Assembly (NCBI GenBank): GCA_001642005.1
Contig: LWCA01000008.1
Location: forward strand, 39,557 to 103,556
DNA from: Intoshia linei
Taxonomy: Eukaryota; Animalia; Orthonectida
Direction of reading: 5' to 3'
Length of the DNA: 64,000 nucleotides
Shown: one piece after another, positions 38,301 to 51,900 of the stretch
Numbering within the stretch: position 1 is the stretch's first letter
Layout: every line of letters starts with the position of its first letter
The notes under the pieces: model-generated
What the model was told of the DNA's origin: nothing
The model's input: only the letters and a program-made list of their open reading frames with translations
Database searches by the model: none
Translations under genes and position numbers: made by a program

Positions 38301-41300
38301 TTTAAAATCATAAACATTATCATAAATTTAAATTTAAAAAAATACACTGATGCGGATTTTAAAATCATAAACATTATCATAAATTTAAATTTAAAAAAAT
38401 TATATTTTCAAAGGAAAACCCCAAATTACCTTTCTTTTTAAATGAACATAGCCGTATAATTTAAAAAAATTTACAGGTGGTACAGTTGTATTCTGTTAAC
38501 ACCCACAAAAAATTTCTAGTTATAACTTATATCAGACCTGTTTCTTCTTTTTCTTATTAATTTGTCTTATTTTTAGATGATTCATGAAAATGTTTACAAT
38601 ATTTTCATTGAAAAGCTTGTAGAAGCGTATAAAACTATTAGAATAGGCGACCCACTGGATGGTAATATTAATATTAGATTAATTCATCAATTTAATTAAT
38701 TTTTATTTAGAAAACACATTACTTGGTCCAGTGATATCTAAAACTGCAGTGAAATTATATCAAAAAATTATTAAAGAAGCAAAATCTAAAAATGCTATAA
38801 TTTTGAGTGGAGATAAGGTTTAATTCTAAATTTTTTAAAATTGTATCTAATCTTCTAATAAATATCTAGGTTTATGAACAAGAAGGAAATTATGTATCAC
38901 CTACCCTTATAGCTGGATTAGCACACAATGACAATTTAATTTTAACAGAAGCATTTGTTCCCATCACATATGCCATCAAAATTAAAGTTTCATTTTTTTT
39001 TCCAATATTATTTTATTAGAATTTGAATGAAGGCATTGAATGGAATAATGAATCTGAGCAAGGTCTTTCCAGTTCTTTATTCACAAACAATTTAAGCGAC
39101 ATTAATAAATGGATGGGGTAATTTATTTCTTTATAAATGAAAGAATTACTAATTAGTGGACAATGTCCACTGAACATACATAACATGATTTCATATTTAG
39201 ACCTCTTGGTTCAGATTGTGGTATCGTGAATATCAATATTCCTACTAATGGTGCGGAAATTGGTGGTGCGTTTGGTATATTTTTGCTTTTAGATTGTAGT
39301 ATTTCCAAAATTTTGTGGCATTGCCTATTAAATGAATACACATTTTAATTCAAAATGTAATTCTTCAGGTTCAACCATTTCACGAAAAAATATTTTTTGT
39401 TAAGTGATGGGTCGCGAAATTCTACGTTAAAAATGCCTTTATGTAACTTAAAAAGTATCAAAAGTGATATCCTAATGTGGGCATCTAAATAATTAATTTA
39501 ATATATTCCGTGCGCAATTTTAGAAATTAGATACATATTTATTTTTTATAATATTTATTTAGATAATTTTTAAAATTAAATTTACTCAAAATGTAATTAA
39601 CTACTGTTTTGGAATTTGTATATATTCTAAGCTGCAGTGATAATTCAAAAACTTTTCTTAATTTTTAGAAATAGAATTATCGTAACACTAATCATAATAA
39701 ATAGTATTTTGTTAAGTGTCTCCAATATGACAGTTTTTGGTGGTTATCTTCCAAACTATGTAGTGATTTTTTAAATACCCTAATATGCAGATTTTTTCAT
39801 TATTATGTATGTTACAACCCTATAGCCCTATCTTTCCGTGTTGGCAGGGTTATCAACATTAAGTTACTCTCAACCCGAATTTTTGACCAAAGCGCCATAT
39901 AGTGAAGCGCAGCGTTTTATGCAATTTCACCGTAAGCGAAAAATTTTTTAGGGTGGCCTTCTTTTACTTTGGGGTCCCCTTTTTAAAAAAAAATAACAGT
40001 TTACACACAATTTTTATTGCAAATTTCAAAATAAATACTTTAAATTTTTTATAACAAATAGCAAATAGCACATTTCAAAATGACTTTATGATGAATACTT
40101 TATAGAAAAAAAACAAAATACGGGTGTCACTAAGTAATAGAATTAAATTAACTGCTAAAACTTAGTTTTTCACAATAGAGAAAAAAATTATAGAATATAA
40201 ATAAAATATGTCTGACGTGATGATTTTGATTTAAATAATTAAATTACCGCTGAGACATATCACTTAACCCTAAGCCCTGAGTTGAATTTGAAAACCCGAA
40301 TTCTCAGAAGGAAAATAACCCAGTTGGCAACCCTGCTTATTGGAGGAATTTTTATATTTATGCAAAATAGTTAAAAAATTGACACAGCATATGCATTTAC
40401 CGAAAATATTAATTAATTGTTTTTTAATTAGGTGGTGAAAAAAGTACTGGAGGTGGAAGAGAATCTGGGAGTGATTCATGGAAACAGTACATGAGACGAT
40501 CTACTTGGTAAAACAATATACATAGATCATATTAAAATAATGTTCAATAATAATAAAAACATGCCGGCAAAATTAACAACACAAGGTTGGCAAACGATAA
40601 AATTTGTCCAAATAATTATTGAATCGAATTTTAAATTTAATATTTCGAAAATACAAATATTAAAATGAAAACCTCATAAAATAATGATAATAATAAGAAC
40701 AATCATACGTAAAGTGAACAATTTTAATATGTGCATGTGAATAATGATTCTTGCATAATAAAAAACATTAGAAAGTACATTGTGAATTTTTTAACAGAAG
40801 AAAATATTAAATACAGTGTAAGTCCTTATTAACGGAATTAAAAATTTGGAAATTCCGTTAATATGGAATTTTCCCCATAGTAACACCCTTAATTAAGTTA
40901 ACGGAATTTATTTTTTTTTAAATAAAAACCATTAATATACTTTTTGAATTAGTTGAAACCATAAAGAAGGAGTATACGCAAAACATTATCAACGGGTCCA
41001 CAGCAGTTATTTGGGGTCCATGAAGAATTTTATCAATTTTAAATTATTTACAAAAATAAAATAAAGTAAATATCTATTAAAAATTTGATAAAAAACGTAA
41101 TAAATTGACTTTTAATTAGTAAAAAAATGAGTTTATATTTATGATAGTCATTAAAAATAAATTCTAAAGCTTTAGAGATAAATTTTCTATTAACAAAATT
41201 TTAGTTAATACAAATTCGTTAAAAAAAAAAATAATTCAAAATTCCTTTAATAAGGACTTAGACTGTATAATATACATTGTATATTGTGAATCTAAACTTT

Positions 41301-42831
41301 AATGTAAACTTGATATTTTTTTCAAGTTACTCGATCTCGGACCGGGCGAAAATGTTGCAGAATTTACTAATTTTTATTGTCTGAAAAAAAGTTAACTGAA
41401 ATATTTCGTGATTATTTTTTATGTTAGTTAATTGTTTGTCTAAAACTGAGGCTAAATTATTGAATTGTATGTTCCGAAATTATTAAATAATAATAGCATA
41501 CAATTATTAGTTTGATATCCGTTTAATTACATTTACAGATATACACAATCAATATTTCGATTATGTTTTAATGATAATATACATTCTTATATATTTTCGT
41601 AAAACAATTTTTGATTTATGAAATTGAGTATTATTTTTTAATACGTTTCTAATAATAATCTAATAATAGAATTAAATTCTATTTTATAAAATGATGTAAA
41701 AATTTTCATTACAGACTGAAATGTAAATCGATCACAACTTTCAAACGAACTATTTGAGTTGAGCAGTTTGTTATTTTAACGACATGTTTGTATGAGAATG
41801 TGTTAATTCACAAGCCTGTCGGGTATAAAAATTTAGACTTTATAAATCTTAGATTTTTCTTAATTTTTAAGGATTATACCCAATGTTACTCTGAGTTTAA
41901 CCCAACCGAGGAATCTTTATTTGCGTTAAATCAATATTATCGGCAATATCAACAAAAACAGAAATCCATCCTGATCTTATATCAAACATCATCAATGACG
42001 AACTAAAGTTTATGGCAAGGTTTTTAGGAGCATGTTAAGAAAAATAGACGCTGTCTACATATAATGATTTAATTTATAATTTGATATCGTTTAAAATTTT
42101 TAACATCATCTATAAAATTGACTGTAACAATTAACCAGTAAATAATGTAAATTTTAGTTTTAAAAATTCCATATTTCTAGTACAGTTTTTCAAGGGTTTT
42201 ATCGAAAATTTCATTTTCAGAAATTAAATCTTTCAATTTCAAAAACATCAAGTATCCTTTTTTTAAAAATCAAACGAGATCTAGAATTATAAAAAATACA
42301 CAATCTGATAAAGATTTTAAAATTATCAACATTATCATAAATTTTAATTTCAGAATCGTATGTTATCACGACCAAAACCACAAATTATCCCTTTTTTTAA
42401 AAAATAAAAAAAGTCCTATAATTTTGGAAACATAAATTGTGGGATAGTTTTTAAATCATAAATATTATCATACATCACAAAACAAGACCTCAAAAAAGTG
42501 TTTATTTTAACGATCAAAACTTGAGATTACCCTTATTTTAACAAATGGTAATAGTGAATCGTAGCATTTTTAAGTAAGATTTTAATTATTTTTATTAACT
42601 TAATTTTTGGGTAGAATTGAAAAACTTCGCCCTCGGCAAAGTTAGCTGCTTTTTGTACAAAGTACATAACTGTCAAGCTAGTTAATAATATAATTTCTTT
42701 CTTAAATCATTGAATTATAATTAATTGTAACTTGGTATAATATATCCTCATAATTTAATTAAATTCAAATTTTTAGTACAATAAATTGCAGTGATGAATT
42801 ACCTCTAGCACAAGGAATCAAATTTTCATAA
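35311..42831 (+). CDS. ALDH7A1: Aldehyde dehydrogenase 7A1 (antiquitin, alpha-aminoadipic semialdehyde dehydrogenase)
   Basis: Mitochondrial-type leader, then [106 protein letters not shown], and the last exon [17 protein letters not shown]. Confidence 0.97.
37165..37455. repeat. Foldback element: about 4 direct and 4 inverted copies of a ~30-bp unit
   Basis: Units like 'ttcagtcttaccaaccctaaaatgaaaaaa' are followed by the reverse complement 'tttttcattttagggttggtaaaactcaa'. Related units occur at about 37835-37880 and 63910-63970. Confidence 0.7.
38004..38519 (+). mobile_element. Short family A Helitron-like copy with an internal tandem triplication
   Basis: Starts TCTTAACTTATATAATATGC and ends CTAG|T. 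Three copies of 'gctgat.cggattttaaaatcataaacattatcataaatttaaat' lie at about 38243-38390. Confidence 0.7.
39845..40335. mobile_element. hAT-type MITE
   Basis: TIR CAGGGTTATCAAC / GTTGGCAACCCTG, with degenerate 8-bp flanks cgtgttgg / cttattgg. Confidence 0.55.
40814..41265. mobile_element. Tc1/mariner(pogo)-type MITE with a TA target site
   Basis: TA|CAGTGTAAGTCCTTATTAACGGAATT ... AATTCCTTTAATAAGGACTTAGACTG|TA (24/26 TIR match). Related sequence occurs at about 47370-47580. Confidence 0.8.
42170..42681 (+). mobile_element. Diverged Helitron-like copy with an intact 3' end
   Basis: Family A internal blocks, ending TGTACAAAGTACA-TAACTGTCAAGCTAG|T. Confidence 0.6.
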
Positions 42832-45800
42832 ATTATTTGATGTATTGGTTAAATAAATATTTTTTAATTTGATTTTTAGATTTTTAATTTAAAATCATTA
42901 AGTACAGTCCTGTAAAAATCTTTTATAAATGGTTTTTATCAAGATTGGATAATTCTAAAAATATTATTGTTACTACTCGCAATAGAGTCTTGTCGATATC
43001 GGTAGAGCCTCCTGCCAAATTTTAAATTATATTTAAATTTAGAATATTATTTTCATATATTGTTTCATCATCTCGTTACACGCACTAAAATTAATACGAC
43101 TCACCAAAATTATTAAGTGAGCCATTATCTAGCAAATAAAATATTAATATTTCAATTTAAGTGACCTGCAGGAAATAATATGCAACACTCATACTCATAG
43201 ATAAACTTAAAATGCGCGTATGACAGCGTGCAACATGATTATTTGCACTATTTTACATATAAGTAAATACTAAAACGTACATTTACAATTAAATACCGTT
43301 ACGGCGTTGCGCGCAAAAAATATGATAAAATTTAAAAATCTGTTTTTTAAGATTCTTGTGAATATTGAATTAATTGAATTTTTGTAATAGATTGAATAGT
43401 GAGATAAGAACGTAGTTAACAGATATTTCTGAAATTCAAAAATATCTATTCTTGTCATTAGACTATAAATTTGATTCAAAATACGCATAAATGTTACGGC
43501 GTTACGAATTGAACTTATTATTAACGCTATACATTTATAGTATTAATAAATTGTAAAATATAATCACGAAACGGTGCTTCACATTATGTTCTGATAAATT
43601 AACACTCTAAAATATAATTATAATTATATAATTCTAATTAACACAAATAATTAAACATTTTAATAATTAACTCATGTTTTTAAACTCGAACCGCATTATG
43701 TTTAGGCACATCCCATAGAGTTTAATTTTCTCAACATTACCATACACTATTATTATTTTTTTAGTCCACATGGGCGTATTTATGATGCATTCCTTTTGAG
43801 AATGTATTTTAAAATATAGTATATTTTATTTTTTTATGTCATAATTTCTTAATAGAGCCTTAATATTAAATTTCCTATAATAATTTTGTAATATCCTGAA
43901 AATACGAATCAAACTAACAAATAAAGTAAAAAGTATATAAATATGGTAGCATATAATTTAAATTTATCGTTTTTTTTAATTTATGACAGAGAATGGCTCA
44001 AGTACAGTTTTGTAGGGTGTCAATTTATTTTTAAAATTGAAACGTATATATATTGCCAAATTTTAAATTATATTTAAATTTATGACAATTTAATCGACAA
44101 GAATCGGACAAATTTTACCATTTTTACGATTCCAATTATTAATGACTTTTTTAAAAAAACATAAAAATTAGTTGCAAAAAACAAGTTTTTTTAAAATTAA
44201 TTAAATATTTATTATCGCCCAATATAATAAATTAATTAAATTTTCCGAATATTGATTTACTTGTAAAAAATATTTATCTTCGTCTCATTCTTCAATTGAA
44301 AGTTGAATATTTTTCAGGGTTGGAGGTTCTAACTGTTCTGCAAAACTAATTAGAATGTTTGGTGATACTGGTGAAAATCTAATATTTTTAACATTATAAT
44401 TTAAAATTATTTGGTTCTGATATTAATTTAATATAAATTAATAAATTTTAAGCATTATTAATAATATTTGTTTATTTATGCTTAGTCTTTTATTTCGTAG
44501 TTCTATAAATTAGTTTATATAGTATAAATGAAACTCACGAAAATAGTATGATTAAATAGTATTTGGAATCATATCGGAATCGTTGAAAATATAGGAATTG
44601 TCGCATCACTAGTTTCAACCCATTAAATATAATTTATTAATCTTCCATGCGCCATTCATAAAATACTATAATGTACACTGTACATTACTTATACATTGTA
44701 CAGGTTATTCTTTAATATTTTAAATAGCCATCAAATTTTGATTAAATTTAATTCTTCAACTTTAAACGGGAAGAACTTTGCAATTATAATTATAATAAAA
44801 AAAGAGAAATTAACAAAGCATGAAAATTTAATTGTATTTAATGTGTAAAAATATTTACAAAAACAAAAAAATACTAATATTTATGCTATTTTTAATTTTA
44901 TTGAATAACGAGACAAAAAATCGAAAACAAATGAACAATTAATACTAATGATTATAAAATTCATAAATTGTGTACATTGTATCATATGGATACTCTGTAA
45001 ATTTTAGAAAGGATATCCTTTGTAATAATCCAGCTCAATATAATATCGAGTTAAGGTTGAATGAGTAGACTGGGTTGTTGTAAATGAAATATTTGTAAAT
45101 ATCTCTCATCGATATACAACATTCTTAAAATGGCATTTGTGAACACCAATCTAAATACCAAATAATTCAAGTGTGCGGAATACAATAAAATTAGACTATA
45201 TGTAATGTTAAATGATTTACGCAATGTTGTATTTTTTGATAAAACTTTTTATAAATTTGTAAATTAAGACAAAAATTTAAAAAACCAAATGACTCTTAAT
45301 ACTATAAACTGGACAAAAGAAAATAAATAAAATATTAAACAAAGGTATCGATTAATTAATACATTTTGCAAATAAGTCGATTTTTCCTGTAATTCTTAGA
45401 TGTATACATTATCACGTTAACGTCAAAACAATCTATATTCGTGTTTAAGCAAATTAAACTTTTATAATTTGTCAATCTCTTTAATTTTTATTGAAATTTT
45501 TATAATTTTATAATTTAGTTTCTGTCGCAAATTAATTTTATTTGTTTATTAATTGAGGTTACATTTTTTAAAGGTTTTTGTTCCATTTTCATCATTTTAT
45601 TTTAATCAAGTTCAATTGATTTTTCATACCTATGGTTGTTATTTTCCTTTTATGCGGTAATTTGTTGTTTCCGTATTTGTGTCAAAATTTTATTAAAATA
45701 CTAACAGGAATATAAGAAAAAGTTGCTACAACAAACCAATGGTTCTAATTCTACGGCTGAATAATTTTAATAGTAACAATACATTAATCTTTGTTAATAA

Positions 45801-45949
45801 TAATCCAATGTCCAAAACCTACCTGAAATAGTATCGCAATTATTTTTCAAATAACGGATATAAATAATGTATATGTTTAATTGCGCTACTAGACGAACAC
45901 TAATTTAATGAAAATTTAATTTTATTTAAACGTTCATTTTAGAAAACCC

Positions 45950-48900
45950 ATGAAGCCTTATTGTAACAAAGGCCTTTTATATTGTATTTTTATATACACG
46001 TTATCTAACCTAAACTACATTTTTGCGGTAAATGTTCAATTTGGTAAATTTTATTTATTCGCTATTTTTCTATTTTCAAATGCATTACACTGAGATTACA
46101 CGCTATTTTAGATGAAATTACCGTTAATATGGATCGTGTTCATGGAAACGCAGTCGTAAGACACGAAAACGATAGCCCTAGCGGTCAAACAAAAGCCTGG
46201 CTGGTGAAAGATAAACCCTTACCGGAGGGAATTATATATGCATTTCATATATACACATCAGAATTTACTATAACCGATTTTTATGGGACATATGACCCAA
46301 GTCGGTTGGAACGAAATATAGATTGCCAAATTTGGCGACTTATGAGCACTACAACCGAGTTGTATAAATTAATATGGTCTAAAACTTTTACAATTAATGC
46401 TGCACTCACTCAAAGATATATACAGGTGTTTTTATTATACAAAAATATTCACATAGTGTGTATTTGATTTTATTGTTGTTCAAACCTTAAATTAAATGTT
46501 TTAAATTTTACATCATATTTTAGTCATAAAACATAATTAATTTCATATGACCGTGTGAGTCACGTAAATTTTTAACTGTAGTCTTTAAAAAATATTTTCA
46601 TATACTTAGTATGTAATGCATAACCTGTTTTATAGCATAATCTGAAAAGACATGTATGTAGGGCCGTGGAAATGGGGTTAGGGGACATATGTCCTGAACT
46701 TATAATCATGAGGGCCTACATTTTTAATTATTAATAGTTAATATTGGAAAATTTCTTAAATATACTAAAATTTCGTAACCAGTGTGATTTCCAACAGTTA
46801 ATTTTAATTTTTAGATAATTAACTAATTAACCATTTTTTAAAAAATTTTATAAAGGCCTACAATTTTCATCTGACCGGGCCTAATGCTAGCTCTTCACTG
46901 CCCAGCATGTATATCCTAAAAATATTTTTTTTATTTTAAATTTTTAACATCAAAATCGTTATGATTTATGAGATGTGTATTAGAAAAATTTTATTATTTA
47001 TAATATTAATCCCCAATGGGGATTCCCCATGTTAGTGGATATTAGGGACAAACAAAAATTTTTATATTTTACATGGAATATACTTTTTTCCTGTCTGCTG
47101 ATTTTGTATGTCGCAGTTATCCGTCCCGTGAATTATGACTTTTGATGAAAATAATTAAATAAAATGTAATTCTAATTAAGCGTAAAATTAAATTTAATCC
47201 TGTGCGATAAAAATTCACGATGACAATTAAAACCAAAAAACAATTAACCTTAAAATTTTAAAGAGTCAATTAAACCAGTGTTTCCCATTTTTTTAAATCT
47301 TGCGTACGGCAAAAATCTAAAAATATGTTGACCTGCCGGTAAAATATAGCAAAATAAATTGAATGTTAATACAGTCAAAATCGTTATTAAAGGAATTTTT
47401 GTTAACGGAAATTCCAGTTTATAGGAATAAATTACATGTGAACGGCATTACATGTTATTTTTTCTTAAAGAATTTTTATGAACCAAAAATTCCGTTAATA
47501 AAAACTCACTTGCCTTCATTTTTTTACTAATTAAAAGTCAATTTATTACGTTTTTAATCAAATTTTTAATAGATATTTAATTGGATAGAGTTAATTAAAA
47601 ATAATTATTATCATTGCGGGAATGTTATTTTTCACTTTATTTTATTTCTGTAAATAATGTAATTATAAAATTTTTCCATATTCCAATTCCCAATTCAATT
47701 TTCATATCTCTTTTATTTTAACATAACTGTAGATAATTGTAATAAATAAATACATTTAGCTGGAAATACCACTAATTGAACGAATGGCAATAAATGCACG
47801 AGATGTAATAGGATTTCGTTCAGACGAATATGGATCAAATTTAATTTCAATGCAATTCTCAAAAAATAGGGAAGTATTGCACACTACATTAATACCAAGA
47901 ATTAATCAAACTATCGATTTTATCCACCATCCTTTACCTGCCGCATTTTCTATTGGCGTTGAAATAGAACAACGTAAATTTTAATAAAAATACATAGTCA
48001 TTATTATACATTATTATATATTTATTAATTAATTATTTTAAATTAAATTTATATTTATTAACATTTAATTTTAATTTTTAATTAAATAGGAAAGTAATTT
48101 GATAATTTTTTTGTTTCACTTAAAATTAATACTTTTAAAAGTAATAACCATATTTTAAATTATAGAGTGAATTCGATAGCACAATCAGTCCCATCAATAT
48201 TTCATTTACATTGCTGTTTATAATTATTTTTTTTAATAATTTAACAAAAAAATAATTACAATATCATTTTTCATTTTGGCACAAAAAAAATTAAACAACC
48301 TCTAATATACCATAGCTTCTTTACTGCACTTTTTCTTGCATGGTATACAATATTTAATTTTCAATCTCCCGAAAAAATTTAAAATTATTATTATCGTTTT
48401 TAATATTAAACAATTAAAACATATTTTGAACAAATCCTCAATTTTATATTTTCTGATATTTCTCAAAGTATGTTATGATATTTATGTAATATGGAATGCC
48501 CTTAATTTGATATGTATTTCTTGCATTAATACTATACTAATGATGAAAATTATTTATATTTTTAATAACAAAACGCAAAACTTATTACTTACTCATTTTT
48601 ACTATACAGGTACTTATCCACGTGCCTGCAATGAAATTTAAGTTTTTATGAAAAAAAGTAGCAAAGTAGAAAAAACTGGTCAATGTGTAACATTTCATTA
48701 ATGTTTTTCTTGGTATTTTAATTCAATTTTCAACATGTATAGTATAACATATGTAATAGTATTTGAGGATGATTTTATGAATATATTTTTAATTACACAT
48801 GAACTACAGTTTAAATTAATTAATAAAGAATTTAGCTATCTATCCACCAATTGAAGGTCCAAAAGGTACAAAAGGAGAACCAGGAATAGGTGGTACTGGT

Positions 48901-51900
48901 GGTGGTGTTATTATAGTCGGACCAACTGGTTCAATCGGACAAAAAGGAGACAGAGGTTATCTTGGTCCAACTGGTCCAAAAGGAAATAAAGGTCAAACTG
49001 GATCTAAAGGTAATGAAGGTATTCGTGGAAAGAAAGGATATGGAGTTTCAATAAAAGGAAACCGAGGAATACCTGGATTTACGGGTGAAAAGGGTGAACC
49101 TGGTAGTGGTAGTGGTGGTGGAGGAAATGGAGAAAAAGGTGATAAAGGAATGATAGGCAACACTGGTAGAACTGGATATAAAGGAGATCGAGGTTATATT
49201 GGTCCCACCGGAATTAAGGGCGATAGAGGATGGATGGGACCTACAGGGATAGATGGAAATATGGGTGGAATAGGTAAAACGGGTCCAATTGGAAAGCCCG
49301 GCAATAACGGGGAAAAAGGAGAACCCGGTCGAGACGGTTTTATTGGAGGAAATTCTCAGACAGGTCCTAAAGGAGATAAAGGATCCTATGGAAGAACTGG
49401 TATCAAGGGAGATCGAGGTTACATGGGACCTACTGGAATAAAAGGCAATCCACCAATAATATTTAATATACATTATTTTAGGTAGCCGTGGTTTAACAGG
49501 CATTACCGGTATAAGAGGAATTGATGGTAGAGATGGCAAGGACGGTATAAAAGGTAACATTGGACCTAAAGGAGAAAGAGGTATTATTCATGCTTAACAT
49601 TTTTTAATTTAATATACAGTGGTCACTTTTGAAACAGTTCTAAATTAATGACATTGTTAATGCGATGTGATGCCGTCCTTAAAATTTCCGTAATAAAATG
49701 TTTACATATTTCTTTCCCTAATTCGATGGATCAAAAAATACGACGAGTTGCACGGTCATTATAATTTATTTCTCTGAAAAAATGTATTAAACAACATTTC
49801 AATGTTAAGTAATGGTTATTCGGTCGATTTTGACAAAGAACCGTTTTAGGACTCTTTAGAGGGCGAGCACTGTATTTATATAATACATTTAATATTAAAA
49901 ATAGGAGACGGAGGTAACTCTAATGGTAGTGCCACTGGAAAGAAAGGAGAAGTCGGTAGAACCGGAATAACTGGTATGCAAGGACCAATGGGAGTAATGG
50001 GACCCACTGGTCGCAAAGGTAACCGTGGTCATTCGGGTGTAAGCGGAGCAAAAGGTGATGCCGGAATAAACGGCAGAAATGGCAGAGATGGTACTGATGG
50101 AATTATTGGAAGAAACGGAAGAACAGGACCAGAAGGTATATTTAATCTTTACTGATGGCATTTCTTCTAGGTAAAAAAGGTTCAATGGGACATACTGGAA
50201 CTAAAGGAGAACGTGGATATCTGGGACCGACAGGTATAAAAGGTAAATCGTTACAAATATCAAATATTTTAAAAATTTTCCAGTTTCCTAATTTTTTCTG
50301 ATGTATCAACTGAGCTTAGCTAAATACAACAGGAATTAATGAAATATGAATTCATTATTTATTGTTACAATATTAAATTTTGATTATATTCAATTAAATT
50401 TTAGGTGAAAGAGGAAAAGATGGTACACTTTCCAAGGGGTATTACATACATTTACCAATAAAATTTACTTTATATAACACATCTACAACCAGGGATTGGA
50501 AATAATTGATTGCAATCAATTATTTTGTATAAACCAATTAATTGTTTGCTAAATATTAATTAAATTGGTTACAATCAATTAATTCCAATCCATGTCTGCA
50601 ACTATGAAAATTATCATTCAAATTATTATTTATATTATTTAATTAATCAATATTATTTAATATTTAAATTTTAAATTTAATATTATTTATACTTAATATA
50701 ATTTCATCAATTAGTGTAAAAGGTCCAACAGGTAACGATGGCGAAAAAGGTAATCCAGGAATAAAAGGTCTGCAAGGTTATAAAGGTAATTAATTTGATT
50801 TGACTTTAGTATTTAACAATATTGTCATTACTATATATTATAGGTGAAAGAGGATATAATGGAGAGCCTGGAAAAGATGGTTAATGTATATTTTATATTT
50901 TAATCATTTATTAAATAGGATCGCCTGGAAGAATGGGGATTGACGGTATTACCGGAAAAAAGGGAGAATATGGTAGAACCGGTAAAACGGGTAGCAAAGG
51001 TGACGTGGGTCCAATGGGCCCAACTGGAATAAAGGGAAGAATAGGCAGAACGGGTAAAAGAGGTGCACCTGGTCGTGATGGAACATCTGGAAAAGGTAAA
51101 TTATAGGTTTTGCAAGTATATAATTATTATTATTAGGAAAAGATGGTAGAATTGGAGATCCAGGAAAAGACGGCAATAATGGTAGAGATGGATTTGATGG
51201 TAGAGACGGCATTAATGGCAATGATGGAAGACCAGGAAGTAGTGGAATGCCTGGAAAAGACGGAATAACTGGAGTAAAAGGTGACTTAGGAAGAACCGGT
51301 TTGATGGGTCCTACAGGAAAACCAGGAAACCTTGGACCTACCGGAATGAAAGGGCAAAAAGGGCAAACAGGATCAATCGGACTTCCTGGTAAAGACGGGA
51401 CAATCGGAAAAGTCCAAATCGGAAAAACAGGCGACACAGGACGGCCTGGTATTGATGGAATTACGGGACAAAAAGGTAATGATGGAGTAACCGGAAGATC
51501 TGGACCCAAAGGCGATAGGGGATACATGGGACCAACAGGAATAAAAGGACGCATTGGTTCAACGGGTAAGAGAGGTCTAGACGGACTTGATGGAAAAAAA
51601 GGTGAAAGAGGGTTTGACGGAATTGATGGAAAAACCGGAATAAAAGGTAATTTTAATTAATAAAAATCATGTAATGTGTAAATTTCATTATTATTGTTAT
51701 TGAGGATGTAACAAATTCAACAATGTCTTGAATAACTTTTCACGCTTGACTGAAATTTAAGTACTATAAAATAAAATATATACCTGTGAATGTATTATTA
51801 ATACTTTTTAGGTCAAAAGGGCGAAGTTGTTATTGCAAAATCAATTACTGGTAGAAAAGGTGACATCGGTCGTACAGGCATAACTGGAGAACCTGGTAAA

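Noticed and set aside
38177-38441. ORFs with repeated [14 protein letters not shown] / [14 protein letters not shown]; possible CRISPR-like or repeat protein
   Set aside because: This is a tandem triplication inside the Helitron-like repeat. There are no unique spacers or cas genes and the context is eukaryotic.
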